From a virus: a DNA stretch of 64,000 bases. A program made the translations under genes and the position numbers. The notes beneath the pieces are model-generated. The model made no database searches and was not told the DNA's origin. It saw only the letters and a program-made list of their open reading frames with translations. Below are positions 18,007-28,200 of this stretch, piece by piece (position 1 is the first letter of the stretch; each line of letters starts with the position of its first letter). The stretch covers positions 42,135 to 106,134 of IMG/VR virus record IMGVR_UViG_3300021170_000008; one strand, given 5' to 3'.

Positions 18007-18403
18007 ATACCAGCATAGTTTTTGCGACGCCTCCAACGGTAAAAGTTCCAACTATAGTTCCAGAGAAACCTCCGCCGACGGCTCCAATCGGCTGAGAGGT
18101 CTGTACGTTAGTACTGCTAGTCTGGAAAGCTCCAGACACTAGAGCCTGCCGCTGACTAGTTGGCGAGAACAGCGTTAGTCCGGAACGTAACGTCAGAACC
18201 GAATCTTTGTTGATTGGCGGGCTAGTCTGAGATGGAAGCTGAATGTCTGGGGCCGTCAGTAAGGCTGATAAGCTAACCGGCCCTGCTCCGCCAGATAGGG
18301 ATATGATCTGCCCCCAGGCCCGCTGAAAATTTCTATTCAATTTTCCAAGCGTAGGATCTTTTAGATCATCTTCGCTAATCTCTGGTAACGCTGGAGTTGA
18401 CAT
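17975..18403 (-). CDS. Putative virion protein
   Basis: SD GGAG before ATG 18403; in structural operon. Confidence 0.6.
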   Translation of the reverse strand: MSTPALPEISEDDLKDPTLGKLNRNFQRAWGQIISLSGGAGPVSLSALLTAPDIQLPSQTSPPINKDSVLTLRSGLTLFSPTSQRQALVSGAFQTSSTNVQTSQPIGAVGGGFSGTIVGTFTVGGVAKTMLVFTGGVLTDVQ

Positions 18404-18498
18404 AATTCTCCATTTCTTCTCCACCTGTAGTATAATAGGGGGCACTGGACGCTCTAACGTCCGATACCCCCTCACCAGAGGGCCTTGATGGAGGCCAA

Positions 18499-19002
18499 AT
18501 GGCTAAGTACGATCCTAAGCCACTTCCTGCGCTAAGAGCAAAGGATATCTCAAAATTCTGGGCGAACGTAGATCAATCCGCCGGGCCAAACGGATGCTGG
18601 CCGTGGACTGCCGGTTTATTCAAAACTGGAGGATACGGACAGATCAGGATAGGGAAAGCAAAGTACCGCGCTCATCGCATTGGGTACATGCTTCGCTATC
18701 AGGAAGACGCCTTCCCGCTTGATGTACTTCACCGCTGCGACAACCCGCCGTGCTGCAACGGCAGACACCTCTACGCCGGAACCCCGTTGGATAACGCACG
18801 CGACACTATCGGTCGCGGAAGAAGGCCACGGGGGCTTCGTGGTGCAGATGTTTCTGGATCTAAACTGACCGAGTCCGACGTAATTCGCATACGGCAGCTA
18901 GCGCTTACCTTTCAGCACAAGCAAATAGCCCCGATGTTCTCCGTATCTGAATCCAATATAACGATGATCGTAAATAGGCGAAGATGGAAACATATACCGT
19001 GA
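18499..19002 (+). CDS. HNH homing endonuclease (antisense within tail operon)
   Basis: CWPW, GYG, RAHR, VLHRCDNPPCCNGRHL..GTPLDN. Confidence 0.9.
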   Translation: MAKYDPKPLPALRAKDISKFWANVDQSAGPNGCWPWTAGLFKTGGYGQIRIGKAKYRAHRIGYMLRYQEDAFPLDVLHRCDNPPCCNGRHLYAGTPLDNARDTIGRGRRPRGLRGADVSGSKLTESDVIRIRQLALTFQHKQIAPMFSVSESNITMIVNRRRWKHIP

Positions 19003-19006
19003 ATGC

Positions 19007-20629
19007 TTACAGCAAATCACCCTGCCCACCGGACCTCATTTTTGCTACGCTAGAAAGATTCCACTTTCCAAGCCTTGGTTTGGCCACTGGCAACAGCATC
19101 TGCTGATTGATCGGCATTAAGTTGAATGCTTTGATCTGATCTTCTCCAAAACCTATGAATTCGATACGAGAATTCGCGTAGAGCTTGAATTTGGCGCAGG
19201 GATTGGGCGGGATGAACGTAGGAGTTACAAAAAACTCTGACCCGCAGAAGTCGTTCAACATTCCACAGGTTCCCATCATTTGGCCATTACTCCTGAAGGA
19301 CATAGCAATTGAGTTTAGTTCGGCAGGTGGCGGCACGGTGCCATTGATATGGTACGGCGGGATGAGAAGTTGGTTCAGTTCGTTATCGAAAAACACCGTC
19401 GGGCCAGTCCAGCTTGTATCGCTTGCTGCCCGAGTGTAGGTAATAATCTGCTCCCAACCTTCACCGAGTGGGCCTTCGTCATCAAAAGCGTTGCGCGTGT
19501 GGCAGATCGCAACGTAATACCTAGATTCGTCGGCATTTGTAAAGAAATACGGAGGCCCCTCCTCTGAATCCTCGAAGTCATAAACGGAGTCTATAAGCTC
19601 AAACGTAAAAGATGGACCAGATGCCGAGCTAGTGATCAAAAACCAGCAATTTGGTATGACCGGCGGAGCCGGAGACCAGACTCCGGGATCTATCTCACTA
19701 CAAATCGTAGGGAAAATAATTTTATTTACAGACGCAAGATACCTGGGAACGCTACTGACTGCGAACAGCGAAAACCCAGGACCGGCTGTTCCGAGCGTGG
19801 TCGATACAAGCGTATCATCCACCAATGCTCCTGTTGAATTTATCCTGGCACAGCGAAATTGCGTAACATCGGTAACGTTACTCTGCGGAAAAGTGTAATA
19901 CACGTCAGCGGTGAAGTAGAACACCCATGAAATACCGCTTCCGTCTACGCAGGCACCGACTACATCACCAGATAGGTTATGAATATTGGATGTGTTTTGA
20001 GGGCCAAATTGACCCTGGAAGATAGTGAGAGGCGAACTCCAAGAGCTTCCATTCCATAGGGTAGCCTTAACGTTGCTATATGAATCCCCAGCAGAGAAGC
20101 CTCCGTTTGTAAAATACTCATCATAGACAACTAGGAACGTAGTGGCGTTGATCATCGTCGCTGTGAACCACGGAAAGACTCTATCATTCCCTAACAGGAA
20201 ATGTGGAACCACTCCGTTTGAGGTTATTGGCGATCCGTACGATCCTAGTCCATTGGCAGAAAGATTGAATGGGACTATCTCTATTTCTCCTGTGTCATTG
20301 CGCTGATACACCCCAAGAGCGCGCGTGTTAGCTATATCCAAGATCCAATACACAAGCGATGACTGCGGGGCATTGAGCCTTGGAGCGTTTGCCGAGTCCA
20401 GTACCGTCCATACAACGCCGTCGGGGCTAGATGATACACCCATCACGTCATTATCGAAGTTATCCACGTATGGGTCGATTAAATTTGAATAAAATACATA
20501 GATATAGCCACCGTACTCTATTGGCGGTACAGTGAAGTTAGCCCCCCTATAGAAACCACCATCCCACAAGGATGGTTGCCCAAGGGATACGTGCGGGTCG
20601 AGTTGATTGACTAGATACGGTACTGGCAT
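19007..20629 (-). CDS. Beta-rich putative tail/receptor-binding protein with shared C-terminal tag
   Basis: Asp-box-like SSSPDGVVW; C-terminus shared with 20901-21353. Confidence 0.6.
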   Translation of the reverse strand: MPVPYLVNQLDPHVSLGQPSLWDGGFYRGANFTVPPIEYGGYIYVFYSNLIDPYVDNFDNDVMGVSSSPDGVVWTVLDSANAPRLNAPQSSLVYWILDIANTRALGVYQRNDTGEIEIVPFNLSANGLGSYGSPITSNGVVPHFLLGNDRVFPWFTATMINATTFLVVYDEYFTNGGFSAGDSYSNVKATLWNGSSWSSPLTIFQGQFGPQNTSNIHNLSGDVVGACVDGSGISWVFYFTADVYYTFPQSNVTDVTQFRCARINSTGALVDDTLVSTTLGTAGPGFSLFAVSSVPRYLASVNKIIFPTICSEIDPGVWSPAPPVIPNCWFLITSSASGPSFTFELIDSVYDFEDSEEGPPYFFTNADESRYYVAICHTRNAFDDEGPLGEGWEQIITYTRAASDTSWTGPTVFFDNELNQLLIPPYHINGTVPPPAELNSIAMSFRSNGQMMGTCGMLNDFCGSEFFVTPTFIPPNPCAKFKLYANSRIEFIGFGEDQIKAFNLMPINQQMLLPVAKPRLGKWNLSSVAKMRSGGQGDLL

Positions 20630-20937
20630 TAGGTCTTAGGGATAGCCGCTTCACACGCCGCAATATCCTCATCGCTTATCGTGATCTTGTGATCTGCTGC
20701 CCATTTCTGAGCCTGCTCTATTGAGTCCACGAAACGGGACATATGTATTTCAGGTATAGCTAAAATGAACTTAAGTACCGCTCCCTTTCTACTTCCTTCC
20801 GTGCTCTTGATAATTATCCCGCCACAGTGCTGCACATCTGAGCAAGGATGCCGAAACGGCACTAATCGCGCCACCTTAACGCCTAACATCATACCCACGT
20901 TTACCCCTCCGTCTCTCCAGCCGCAGTTAGGTTCCAC
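20629..20937 (-). CDS. Hypothetical protein
   Basis: 102-aa ORF coupled to downstream gene; start uncertain. Confidence 0.45.
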   Translation of the reverse strand: MEPNCGWRDGGVNVGMMLGVKVARLVPFRHPCSDVQHCGGIIIKSTEGSRKGAVLKFILAIPEIHMSRFVDSIEQAQKWAADHKITISDEDIAACEAAIPKT

Positions 20938-21353
20938 ATCCCAACTCGTGGCTCCGTCACCGGTAGCATCATCTCTTCGTCAACCTGGACTAAATTAAAG
21001 GATTGGATCTGATCTTCCCCGAAACCAATAAATTCGATAATTGAACTGGAGTAAAGTTTGAACTTGGCGCATTGCGATACCGAAGTATCGTATAATACTT
21101 CGAATATATTACCAGTAGTACCAAGGAGGAATATACTGGATAGATCGTACGAGCTACCGGCGATAGGGAAAAACTGAGATCCACCACCGACTATAATAGC
21201 CCCACGGCCAGACCCTATATTGGCGTCTCCGACCCTTGTGTCCGAGTTACCGATACTGGATTGAATCTGAATCCAGGAAGCTAATACGGAGATCGAAGAT
21301 AGCGGAACTTTTTGCCCCGTAGTAGCCGTAACGTCGGATATCGATACAATCAC
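20901..21353 (-). CDS. Small beta-sandwich virion protein with shared C-terminal tag
   Basis: N-terminus paralogous to 24796-25095; C-terminus paralogous to 19007-20629. Confidence 0.7.
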   Translation of the reverse strand: MIVSISDVTATTGQKVPLSSISVLASWIQIQSSIGNSDTRVGDANIGSGRGAIIVGGGSQFFPIAGSSYDLSSIFLLGTTGNIFEVLYDTSVSQCAKFKLYSSSIIEFIGFGEDQIQSFNLVQVDEEMMLPVTEPRVGMWNLTAAGETEG

Positions 21354-21365
21354 AGTAGAGGTCTT

Positions 21366-21650
21366 TCATTGCTTCGTATCTGGCTTTGCGTCCTGCTTAG
21401 ATTGAGTAGGCGCAGGCGGCAGAGCTAGCGTACATACCGGTTCCTGGAATTGGTCTATTTGCAAAACCATTCCGCGAGTCTGGCAATCCGCAATCTTTAC
21501 CTTCAGGTGATCCTCACGTTCCTGCTGAGCTTTGCGGAGATTGGCCGTTAGGCGATGATATTCGCGAAGCCATTGTGCGTCAGATTTTTGCTGTGATGTT
21601 TCCGCTAGAATTAGCGTAGCTAGGCAAGCCATAGCGAGTATTATTTTCAT
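21366..21650 (-). CDS. Secreted small protein
   Basis: Signal peptide MKIILAMACLATLILA. Confidence 0.65.
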   Translation of the reverse strand: MKIILAMACLATLILAETSQQKSDAQWLREYHRLTANLRKAQQEREDHLKVKIADCQTRGMVLQIDQFQEPVCTLALPPAPTQSKQDAKPDTKQ

Positions 21651-21738
21651 GGATTTATTTTACACCATAGCCTCTTCCCTGAATATTATCCTACGCCGAT
21701 GTTCTGGCGTTTTGCAAACCCGTCTAACCTGGATAGAC

Positions 21739-22767
21739 TCATGGGGTGTTACTCGTCATCCCCTCGATTGTGGTAACTAGCGTAGAGATAGGCATGGGGG
21801 CAATCGTCAGCTTAATGTGTGAGTGCCCCGTGACGGAAGTCCCGGCATTCGTACCTGTGTAGTATTTGTAAGTCGAGCCGTTGACCTCAAGATGCCATCC
21901 GTCGGCCAGCCCGCCCCCGTCGGTTGTCAGTTCATCAGGACTTGCAGGATAAAAGGTTTGCCCGGTGAAATAGGTACTCCTGTCTGGGTTAAGAGTCCAC
22001 GGACCAGCCAGCGATGTAGCGGTCCAGCGTGCTATTCCCCAGTGTGCGACCACCTGGGCGGCCCACACCCAATAGTTGCTGCCGACCTTTGCAATCCACG
22101 GGCCGCTGCATCCCGGTCCGCTGATGATCAGATTACCGGAATTGACCTTGGTCCATGGGCCGGTCAGCGCCGTGGCTGTAGCCCCTCCACACTCAAAGTC
22201 CCCGCCGTTATTTCCTTCGTAGACCATCGTCCAGGTCCCGCCGTCATTGAACATGCTGGAGTTTTCAATCGCGTCCTGATCGAAGGCCCCACTCGATCCT
22301 TTTGTCAGGACGTTTGAGGCGGCTAGGGTCCACGTCAGCCCGTCGCTGTCGGGGCTTGTCAGCACGTCCATGTTATTTGTGCTAAAATTCTTGGCGAACT
22401 CGTAAAACGTCGAGCCGTTGTGAACGATGTTCCCTCGGTGGTAATTAGTGATAACCGGATTGCCCGAATACTTGGTCCAGCCCGTCATGCCATCCGCGCT
22501 TTCCGCGTATCCTATCCCGGTCGCTCCACTCCATCCATCGCCTGAATACCACATGGCAAAGCACGGGCTAGGGATAAGTTGACATCCGGTCGCTCGCTGA
22601 AGTACTCGCGGCTCCTCAATCGAAGTGTTTTCCCATGCCTGTGTTGCTGTTAGCACGGTTCCCTGCCGAACCCAAACTGGGGCAGGGGGATCAGTGGTAT
22701 TAATATACCGAGAAGCACGTGTTCCCGTTGATAAAAAGAGCAGTAGCAGCAGAAGTAGAGCCTTCGT
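21739..22767 (-). CDS. Five-bladed beta-propeller glycoside-hydrolase-like protein; proposed ACG start with signal peptide
   Basis: WENTSIEEPRV, MWYSG, IGYAESADG..WTKY..NPV, FDQDAIEN; AGGAG 9 nt before ACG-KALLLLLLLFL. Confidence 0.65.
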   Translation of the reverse strand, partial: TKALLLLLLLFLSTGTRASRYINTTDPPAPVWVRQGTVLTATQAWENTSIEEPRVLQRATGCQLIPSPCFAMWYSGDGWSGATGIGYAESADGMTGWTKYSGNPVITNYHRGNIVHNGSTFYEFAKNFSTNNMDVLTSPDSDGLTWTLAASNVLTKGSSGAFDQDAIENSSMFNDGGTWTMVYEGNNGGDFECGGATATALTGPWTKVNSGNLIISGPGCSGPWIAKVGSNYWVWAAQVVAHWGIARWTATSLAGPWTLNPDRSTYFTGQTFYPASPDELTTDGGGLADGWHLEVNGSTYKYYTGTNAGTSVTGHSHIKLTIAPMPISTLVTTIEGMTSNTP

Positions 22768-24793
22768 ATTGGAATACTCCTGCGGTCGTGATGTTGAACT
22801 CGTCCACGCCCCCCGCCGCGCCGGTTCGAGTGTCATACGCAAAGGCTACTTGGACTGATGCGGGGCGATAACCACCCGGAAGAGTGGCCATTGTCGTACC
22901 CGCTGTTAGCGTCCCTAATGAAAGCAACCCACGAATGCACACGTTTCCAAAATTATCTTTTTTGAACTGACCGACTTGATTGCCAGATCCAAAGTCACCC
23001 CAACCATTGCTATACGATAAGCCTGTCCATGTAGTATCCGGGCCGCTGATTTTGCGTAACGCTGTACCATCATACTCAAGTACGTACACACCGCCTGCGA
23101 TTATATCACTGGCAACAAGGGCTGAACCCGTCGTATTTGCCGCGATAACGCTCTTGGCTGTGAACCCGCACCAAGCCACCGTGGACGCGCCGGTATTAGA
23201 GGCCTGAGGAACAAATATAAATTGGGCTCCAGTTGTTAGCGAGGTAGGACAAAAACTAGCAGATGGGCATGTGTATGTTGTTGTAGACCCGGTAGCATCA
23301 GCACAATAGGATAAACCGCTTATACTTACGGTCCCAGTCGATCCATTCACACTCGTCACAGGAGCAGCAGTCGCGGCAAACGGCATCACGCCACCTGAGC
23401 GCTGCGTGATCGAGTTGCTCGTACTCCCCGTTGAAGTAGTTACCGTGAAGTCCACAAACAGCGAGGCAGTGAGATCGATATTACTAGATACCGCCGTGTT
23501 GGTATCGTTAAAAACGCTATCCGGAGAAGTCGAAAGAGATCCTAGGTCAACCGTCAACGGCCCGTGGATTTCAAGATTCCCAGTTGTTCCGGTTGCCGAC
23601 GTATACCCAAGGAAATTCACGTTCCATGTGTTATTCGTGGAGTTGGCTAATGTGGCCGTTGAAGCAATCGACGCGAGCGTAACCACCGTGCCGCTTCCAC
23701 AGCCTGATACCGTGCAGAGCTTCACCTTGAATGTAAGAGTCGGAGTCTGCCCTATAGGTGTTGTATAGACACCCGCGCCGTTGAACAAAAAAGGCTGACG
23801 AAGGCTATTGAAATAACCAGACCCCAGGGTAAGTTCAATCAATTGCTGCTCAGAAGTACTATTAGCCGATACGGTTACTGGGGTTACGCTGGTAACCGAA
23901 GTACCGGTAGCGCCGCTACCCGTCCCGCAAGCGGCTCCCGCGTCCGCAATGTTGAACTTCCCTCCGCTAGAAACGAGCTTAGCGCAATCGTTATTAACAT
24001 AAGAAGCATCCGTTGGCAGCTTTAAGGATGCTGCCGCTGTGGCGGCACTCATATCTAACGTCATCGCTGATGTTCCGGTGTTGGTGCCCTGATTGCGAAC
24101 TAAGTTCGCCGTATCAGCAAGATTTGTAGACGTAAACCCGGTGAACACTCCAGTAGATATACCAGAAGAAGGAGACCCCCACAGAAGAAAATTATTCGCG
24201 GACGGAGCCGCTCCAGGATAAAGCAGTCCATAGCTAGTTACGGAGGCTGGGGCGAGTAAACTTACCGCCGTCGTCCCAAGTACTGGTAGTGTACCTTGAC
24301 CAAGGTCGAGCGCACCAGCTACGCCCGACCCAGACCCGGACGTGAGCGCCCCGGTAACAGTTAGGCTGGTGCCCGTAGCTACTCCGATTACCGGAGTTAT
24401 GAGTGTCGGCGTATTATTAAATACAGCAAGTCCGGTACCGGTTGGGTTTGAAAGAATACCAAGTAGTTGCGCTGAAGTGGTCGAAGCGAACTGACTAAGT
24501 GGGTTTAATACGGATGCTGCGTTAGTTACCTGCCCTACGGTATAATCTCCGGATGTCGCAACAACCGCTCCGGTCCTAGAAAATACACTCGACACGGCTC
24601 CGCCGCCACCGGAAATAGCACCCCATGTGCCGCTCTGGCAGGTGTAGAATGTACCATTCGGAGTTAACAAGCGAATCTGCGTGTTTCCACAAGCCCCAGA
24701 TGGGGTAGCCGTCACGAATTGTATTTGTGGGTTGTTCGGCTGTGCCAATGCCACCCCGAGCAACATAAATAGCAAAAGTGGAAGTTTTCGCAT
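22700..24793 (-). CDS. Tail-fibre-like protein with signal peptide
   Basis: VSSVFSRTGAVVA, VTSVNGSTG, C-terminal NGW..QFKKD.FGNV.IRG..ATLPGGYRP module. Confidence 0.75.
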   Translation of the reverse strand: MRKLPLLLFMLLGVALAQPNNPQIQFVTATPSGACGNTQIRLLTPNGTFYTCQSGTWGAISGGGGAVSSVFSRTGAVVATSGDYTVGQVTNAASVLNPLSQFASTTSAQLLGILSNPTGTGLAVFNNTPTLITPVIGVATGTSLTVTGALTSGSGSGVAGALDLGQGTLPVLGTTAVSLLAPASVTSYGLLYPGAAPSANNFLLWGSPSSGISTGVFTGFTSTNLADTANLVRNQGTNTGTSAMTLDMSAATAAASLKLPTDASYVNNDCAKLVSSGGKFNIADAGAACGTGSGATGTSVTSVTPVTVSANSTSEQQLIELTLGSGYFNSLRQPFLFNGAGVYTTPIGQTPTLTFKVKLCTVSGCGSGTVVTLASIASTATLANSTNNTWNVNFLGYTSATGTTGNLEIHGPLTVDLGSLSTSPDSVFNDTNTAVSSNIDLTASLFVDFTVTTSTGSTSNSITQRSGGVMPFAATAAPVTSVNGSTGTVSISGLSYCADATGSTTTYTCPSASFCPTSLTTGAQFIFVPQASNTGASTVAWCGFTAKSVIAANTTGSALVASDIIAGGVYVLEYDGTALRKISGPDTTWTGLSYSNGWGDFGSGNQVGQFKKDNFGNVCIRGLLSLGTLTAGTTMATLPGGYRPASVQVAFAYDTRTGAAGGVDEFNITTAGVFQYEGSTSAATALFINGNTCFSVY

Positions 24794-24795
24794 AG

Positions 24796-25095
24796 TTATA
24801 CCGTATTGTAAATTACCTGAAACGTATCTGACGTGGTCCCTCTAATGAATATCTGCGAAAGATCATATTGATTAGTGGATGCCGCAGGTGGAGCAAACTG
24901 AGAACCGGATGCGGATATTATGGCCCCCCTTGTGGCCGAGATGTTGCCATCGCCGATCCTAGCCGTGGCTGAGTTATTTGAGGAAGCCTGGACCTGAACC
25001 CAATTAGCCAAAACCGAAGTGGATGAAAGAGCTACATTAGAATTAGTCGTAGCTGTAACGTCAGGCAGTGATAGGATTGCCATCTGCATCTCCAA
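24796..25095 (-). CDS. Small beta-sandwich virion protein
   Basis: Paralog of the 20901-21353 N-terminus. Confidence 0.7.
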   Translation of the reverse strand: MEMQMAILSLPDVTATTNSNVALSSTSVLANWVQVQASSNNSATARIGDGNISATRGAIISASGSQFAPPAASTNQYDLSQIFIRGTTSDTFQVIYNTV

Positions 25096-25244
25096 TATAG
25101 ACAGGTATTCATAAATACTCCCGCCGTCTTGGGCATTAGCCCTTCGTTAAGTATTATCGGATCAGGATGTTTGCTGACATGCTGTCGGCGTACCGGTACG
25201 CTTAGCGGTAGGACATGGAGACATATCGGGCCGATCTCAATTTA

Positions 25245-28200
25245 TCAAGAAGTAGCCGATCCTGGGTCTGGACAAGGAGTGGAAAGCTGGAACCTATAGT
25301 TCCTGCTTTTGTTTAACACTCCGTCTAGCTTGGCTGGGAAATAGAATCTCTCAGTGTCGCGATTTGCGTGAGCTGGAAGTACTAATTGATAAAACTCAAC
25401 TGCGTTCTCCACGTAGAACGTCACGGTAAGCGGGCCAGAAGACCAGTATGTCAACCAACACTCTTTGAGAGCCTTCCACCCCGGATATCCCATATTTGTC
25501 TCAAAGCTATCATACCAGACGAGTTCCGCAGGCTCTGGTATGTAATCCAACCCGGTAGTAAAAACCTGAGCCTTTCCGCCGTTCCCAGGTGTCAGGACGA
25601 TCCTCCACAGCCTACCAACAAGTAGCCTAGGGTCCTGCTCAGAGTTCAACCCAATTATCCTCTCCCTGTCGTTGAAGTTAGTGGTAACCGTGATGGTCTT
25701 CCTGGTTGTCCCATCTGCCTGGATCTGAATAGTACACGGTACCCCGGCAGTGTCTATATTCATAACAAGATTACGCGCTACTTTCTCGTAAGGATGTCCG
25801 AGATCTGACCACTCTGTCCAAAAGAGCACGTCCGGTGGATACTTCTCGAAAGAGATTTTATACTTCCTAACGATCTGAGCATTCGCGTCGAGTGTCGTCG
25901 GCCTCAGCCTGATCTTCTTAACAATTGTTCCATCGTTGATCGGAAAAGTCACTTGCGTCCAGCTTGGACCCGTGAACGTCCCCGTAAGCGGCTCTAGGGT
26001 GAAGCTCTGGACACCCTGCGTTACGACCTGAGAGTTGGTAATTCCCGTGATTGTATCCATCGTCCAGGTATGCGGCGTAGATTTCATGTCATACCAGATT
26101 GATATTTCGTAGAGCCTTTTATCGTCCGGAGTACCTAGGTCGTCCCAATCGAAAGCTCGGCCAACCTGAATTTGGTCCAGCGAGAATACATTGAACGTAT
26201 TCGTATAGAAGTTTACGTTCGTTGTCGTTGTTCCAGAGAACCGCATCTGGATCGCATAGGCTTCTTTGCCGAAGCCGTTCTGGAAACGCTGAGGGATTCG
26301 TCTGCGGCCTTGCGCTGCACCGGCAGCCAGCGTCACGGAGTCCGTTGGGTCCGGAGTTAAGGAATAGTCGTATGTCACCTGGACATTGATCGCTCCGCCG
26401 TCGTTGTTTGTCTCCAGAACGTAATCCGCGAACTGTTTATTTATGGATGGCTGACCGGCAGTGTAGGCCGCTGATTCGAAAGCATAGGCAATGCCAGCCC
26501 CGTCGCTATAAGCATTTATCCATCCCTCTGATGTCCCAACGTCGTCAAAATATAAATTAGCCGTCGTGTTCGGTGTAAGGGTGACCGACTTAGCGATCAG
26601 TGTGTTACTTTCTACCGTCTGAGAGCTATTGATGTCGTACCGAAAACCGTCATCCTGTTCGGCATATTGAGCGGTTACAGCTACGCCACCTACTGGGTTG
26701 TGTGGGTCCAGATCTCCGATATCCTCCATCGACCAGCGGTCGTAGAGCATGTCATAGCGAAGACGATGATAAGATCCAGAGATGCCCGCGTAAACCATGT
26801 AGATACGCTGCTTGGAGTACATCATCGTGATGATGTCCTTGGGCGCGATTTCGGGCAGGGAGATCTGAACGGTACCGCTGGCTCCTGAGCCTCCTGGCTC
26901 AATAAAAGAAACAAGCGGTGTAGAGGTATATCCAGACCCACCGTTAGTGATCGTTACTGATGTCACCTGACCACCGCTTACAGTAGCTGTTGCTGTCGCC
27001 CCAGACCCACCCCCACCGGAGAAAACTACCTGCGGGGCAAATCCATAGAACGACCCGCCGCTGGTAATCGTGACTCCTGTGATAGCCCCAGGGTTATTGC
27101 TGTTGCCGGTGAGATCGATTGGCTCGTAAGGGCCTATGGTGTATCCATGAAACAGCGGATCGATAGCTTCGCTGCGCTTAACTGCTCGGCCACCAGACCA
27201 GGAATAGATGCCGTCGTAGCCTAAATACCAGATCTCATTTTGAGCCCGGCACCACGCCATACTACCGTAGAGACCACGCTCAGCTAGTGTTTCTACCGGG
27301 GATTGCATCTGTCCCTCAAAAACAGCGACAAGATACAACTTCTCCAGATTCATACAGAGTATTTCACCGTTGAACTCGGTGATGTTCATGATCGCGTTTG
27401 ACGGAGATCCTACGTTGATCTGGTCAAAAACACCGGTATTGAACTCTTCAACTGGGAATGCTTCCGGCCTGCCGTTTTTAGATTTGTACAGAACATGCGG
27501 GTTATTTTGGTCACCGGCGCAGAATACGGCATCAAAGGCCGCTACCGTAAATCTTGCTGGCTGAGCGCAGACGGCATCGCATGACACAAACACTGATGTC
27601 CCGAGAGTGGCCGCATCGGTATGATCGTATTGGAAATATGCAGTGATCGTCACCGGGCTCACCGCGATTACATATGCCGTTTCCTGTTTTGAGGTGTTCG
27701 GGGCAATCGTCAGTGTAGATCCAACCCTCAAGAAAGATGTCAAATCCGTTGTCGATAGACCAGATATTATGTTTACCTTAAAGGCATTGACCCCAATCTT
27801 GCCAGTACCTGCCGTATAGGAAACAAACGATGCAGTCAGGGGCGTCGGCAGGGTACTCAAAACAGGCGGATCGTTGTCGAAGGAAATAATCGGAGCATTG
27901 ATAATCGAAGCATCCGACTGACTATCCACAAACGTGACGACCTGTGGTATCTGGTTGATGTCTACGCTGTTGATGGCATACCCCAGAAACCTATATAGGC
28001 CGTCAGAGAAGGCACCGCCGCTGCGATAGACAGCGATAGCGGCATTGTTGGTCGTCGGCGCAGATGGGTTAGCGGGCGCTCCTGAAATCTGGTTATCCGA
28101 ACTGGAGATGAGCGTCAGCTTTACGCGCTGCCTGAGTGGAGTAACGGTATTCGTATCGAGCATGAGCGTGCATGGATTGCTCTCAAATCCAGTGATAGTG

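Noticed and set aside
25188-25201. Perfect 14-bp palindrome GCGTACCGGTACGC after the nozzle gene
   Set aside because: No second copy was seen at the tag junctions and there is no recombinase in the window, so a shufflon is unsupported.
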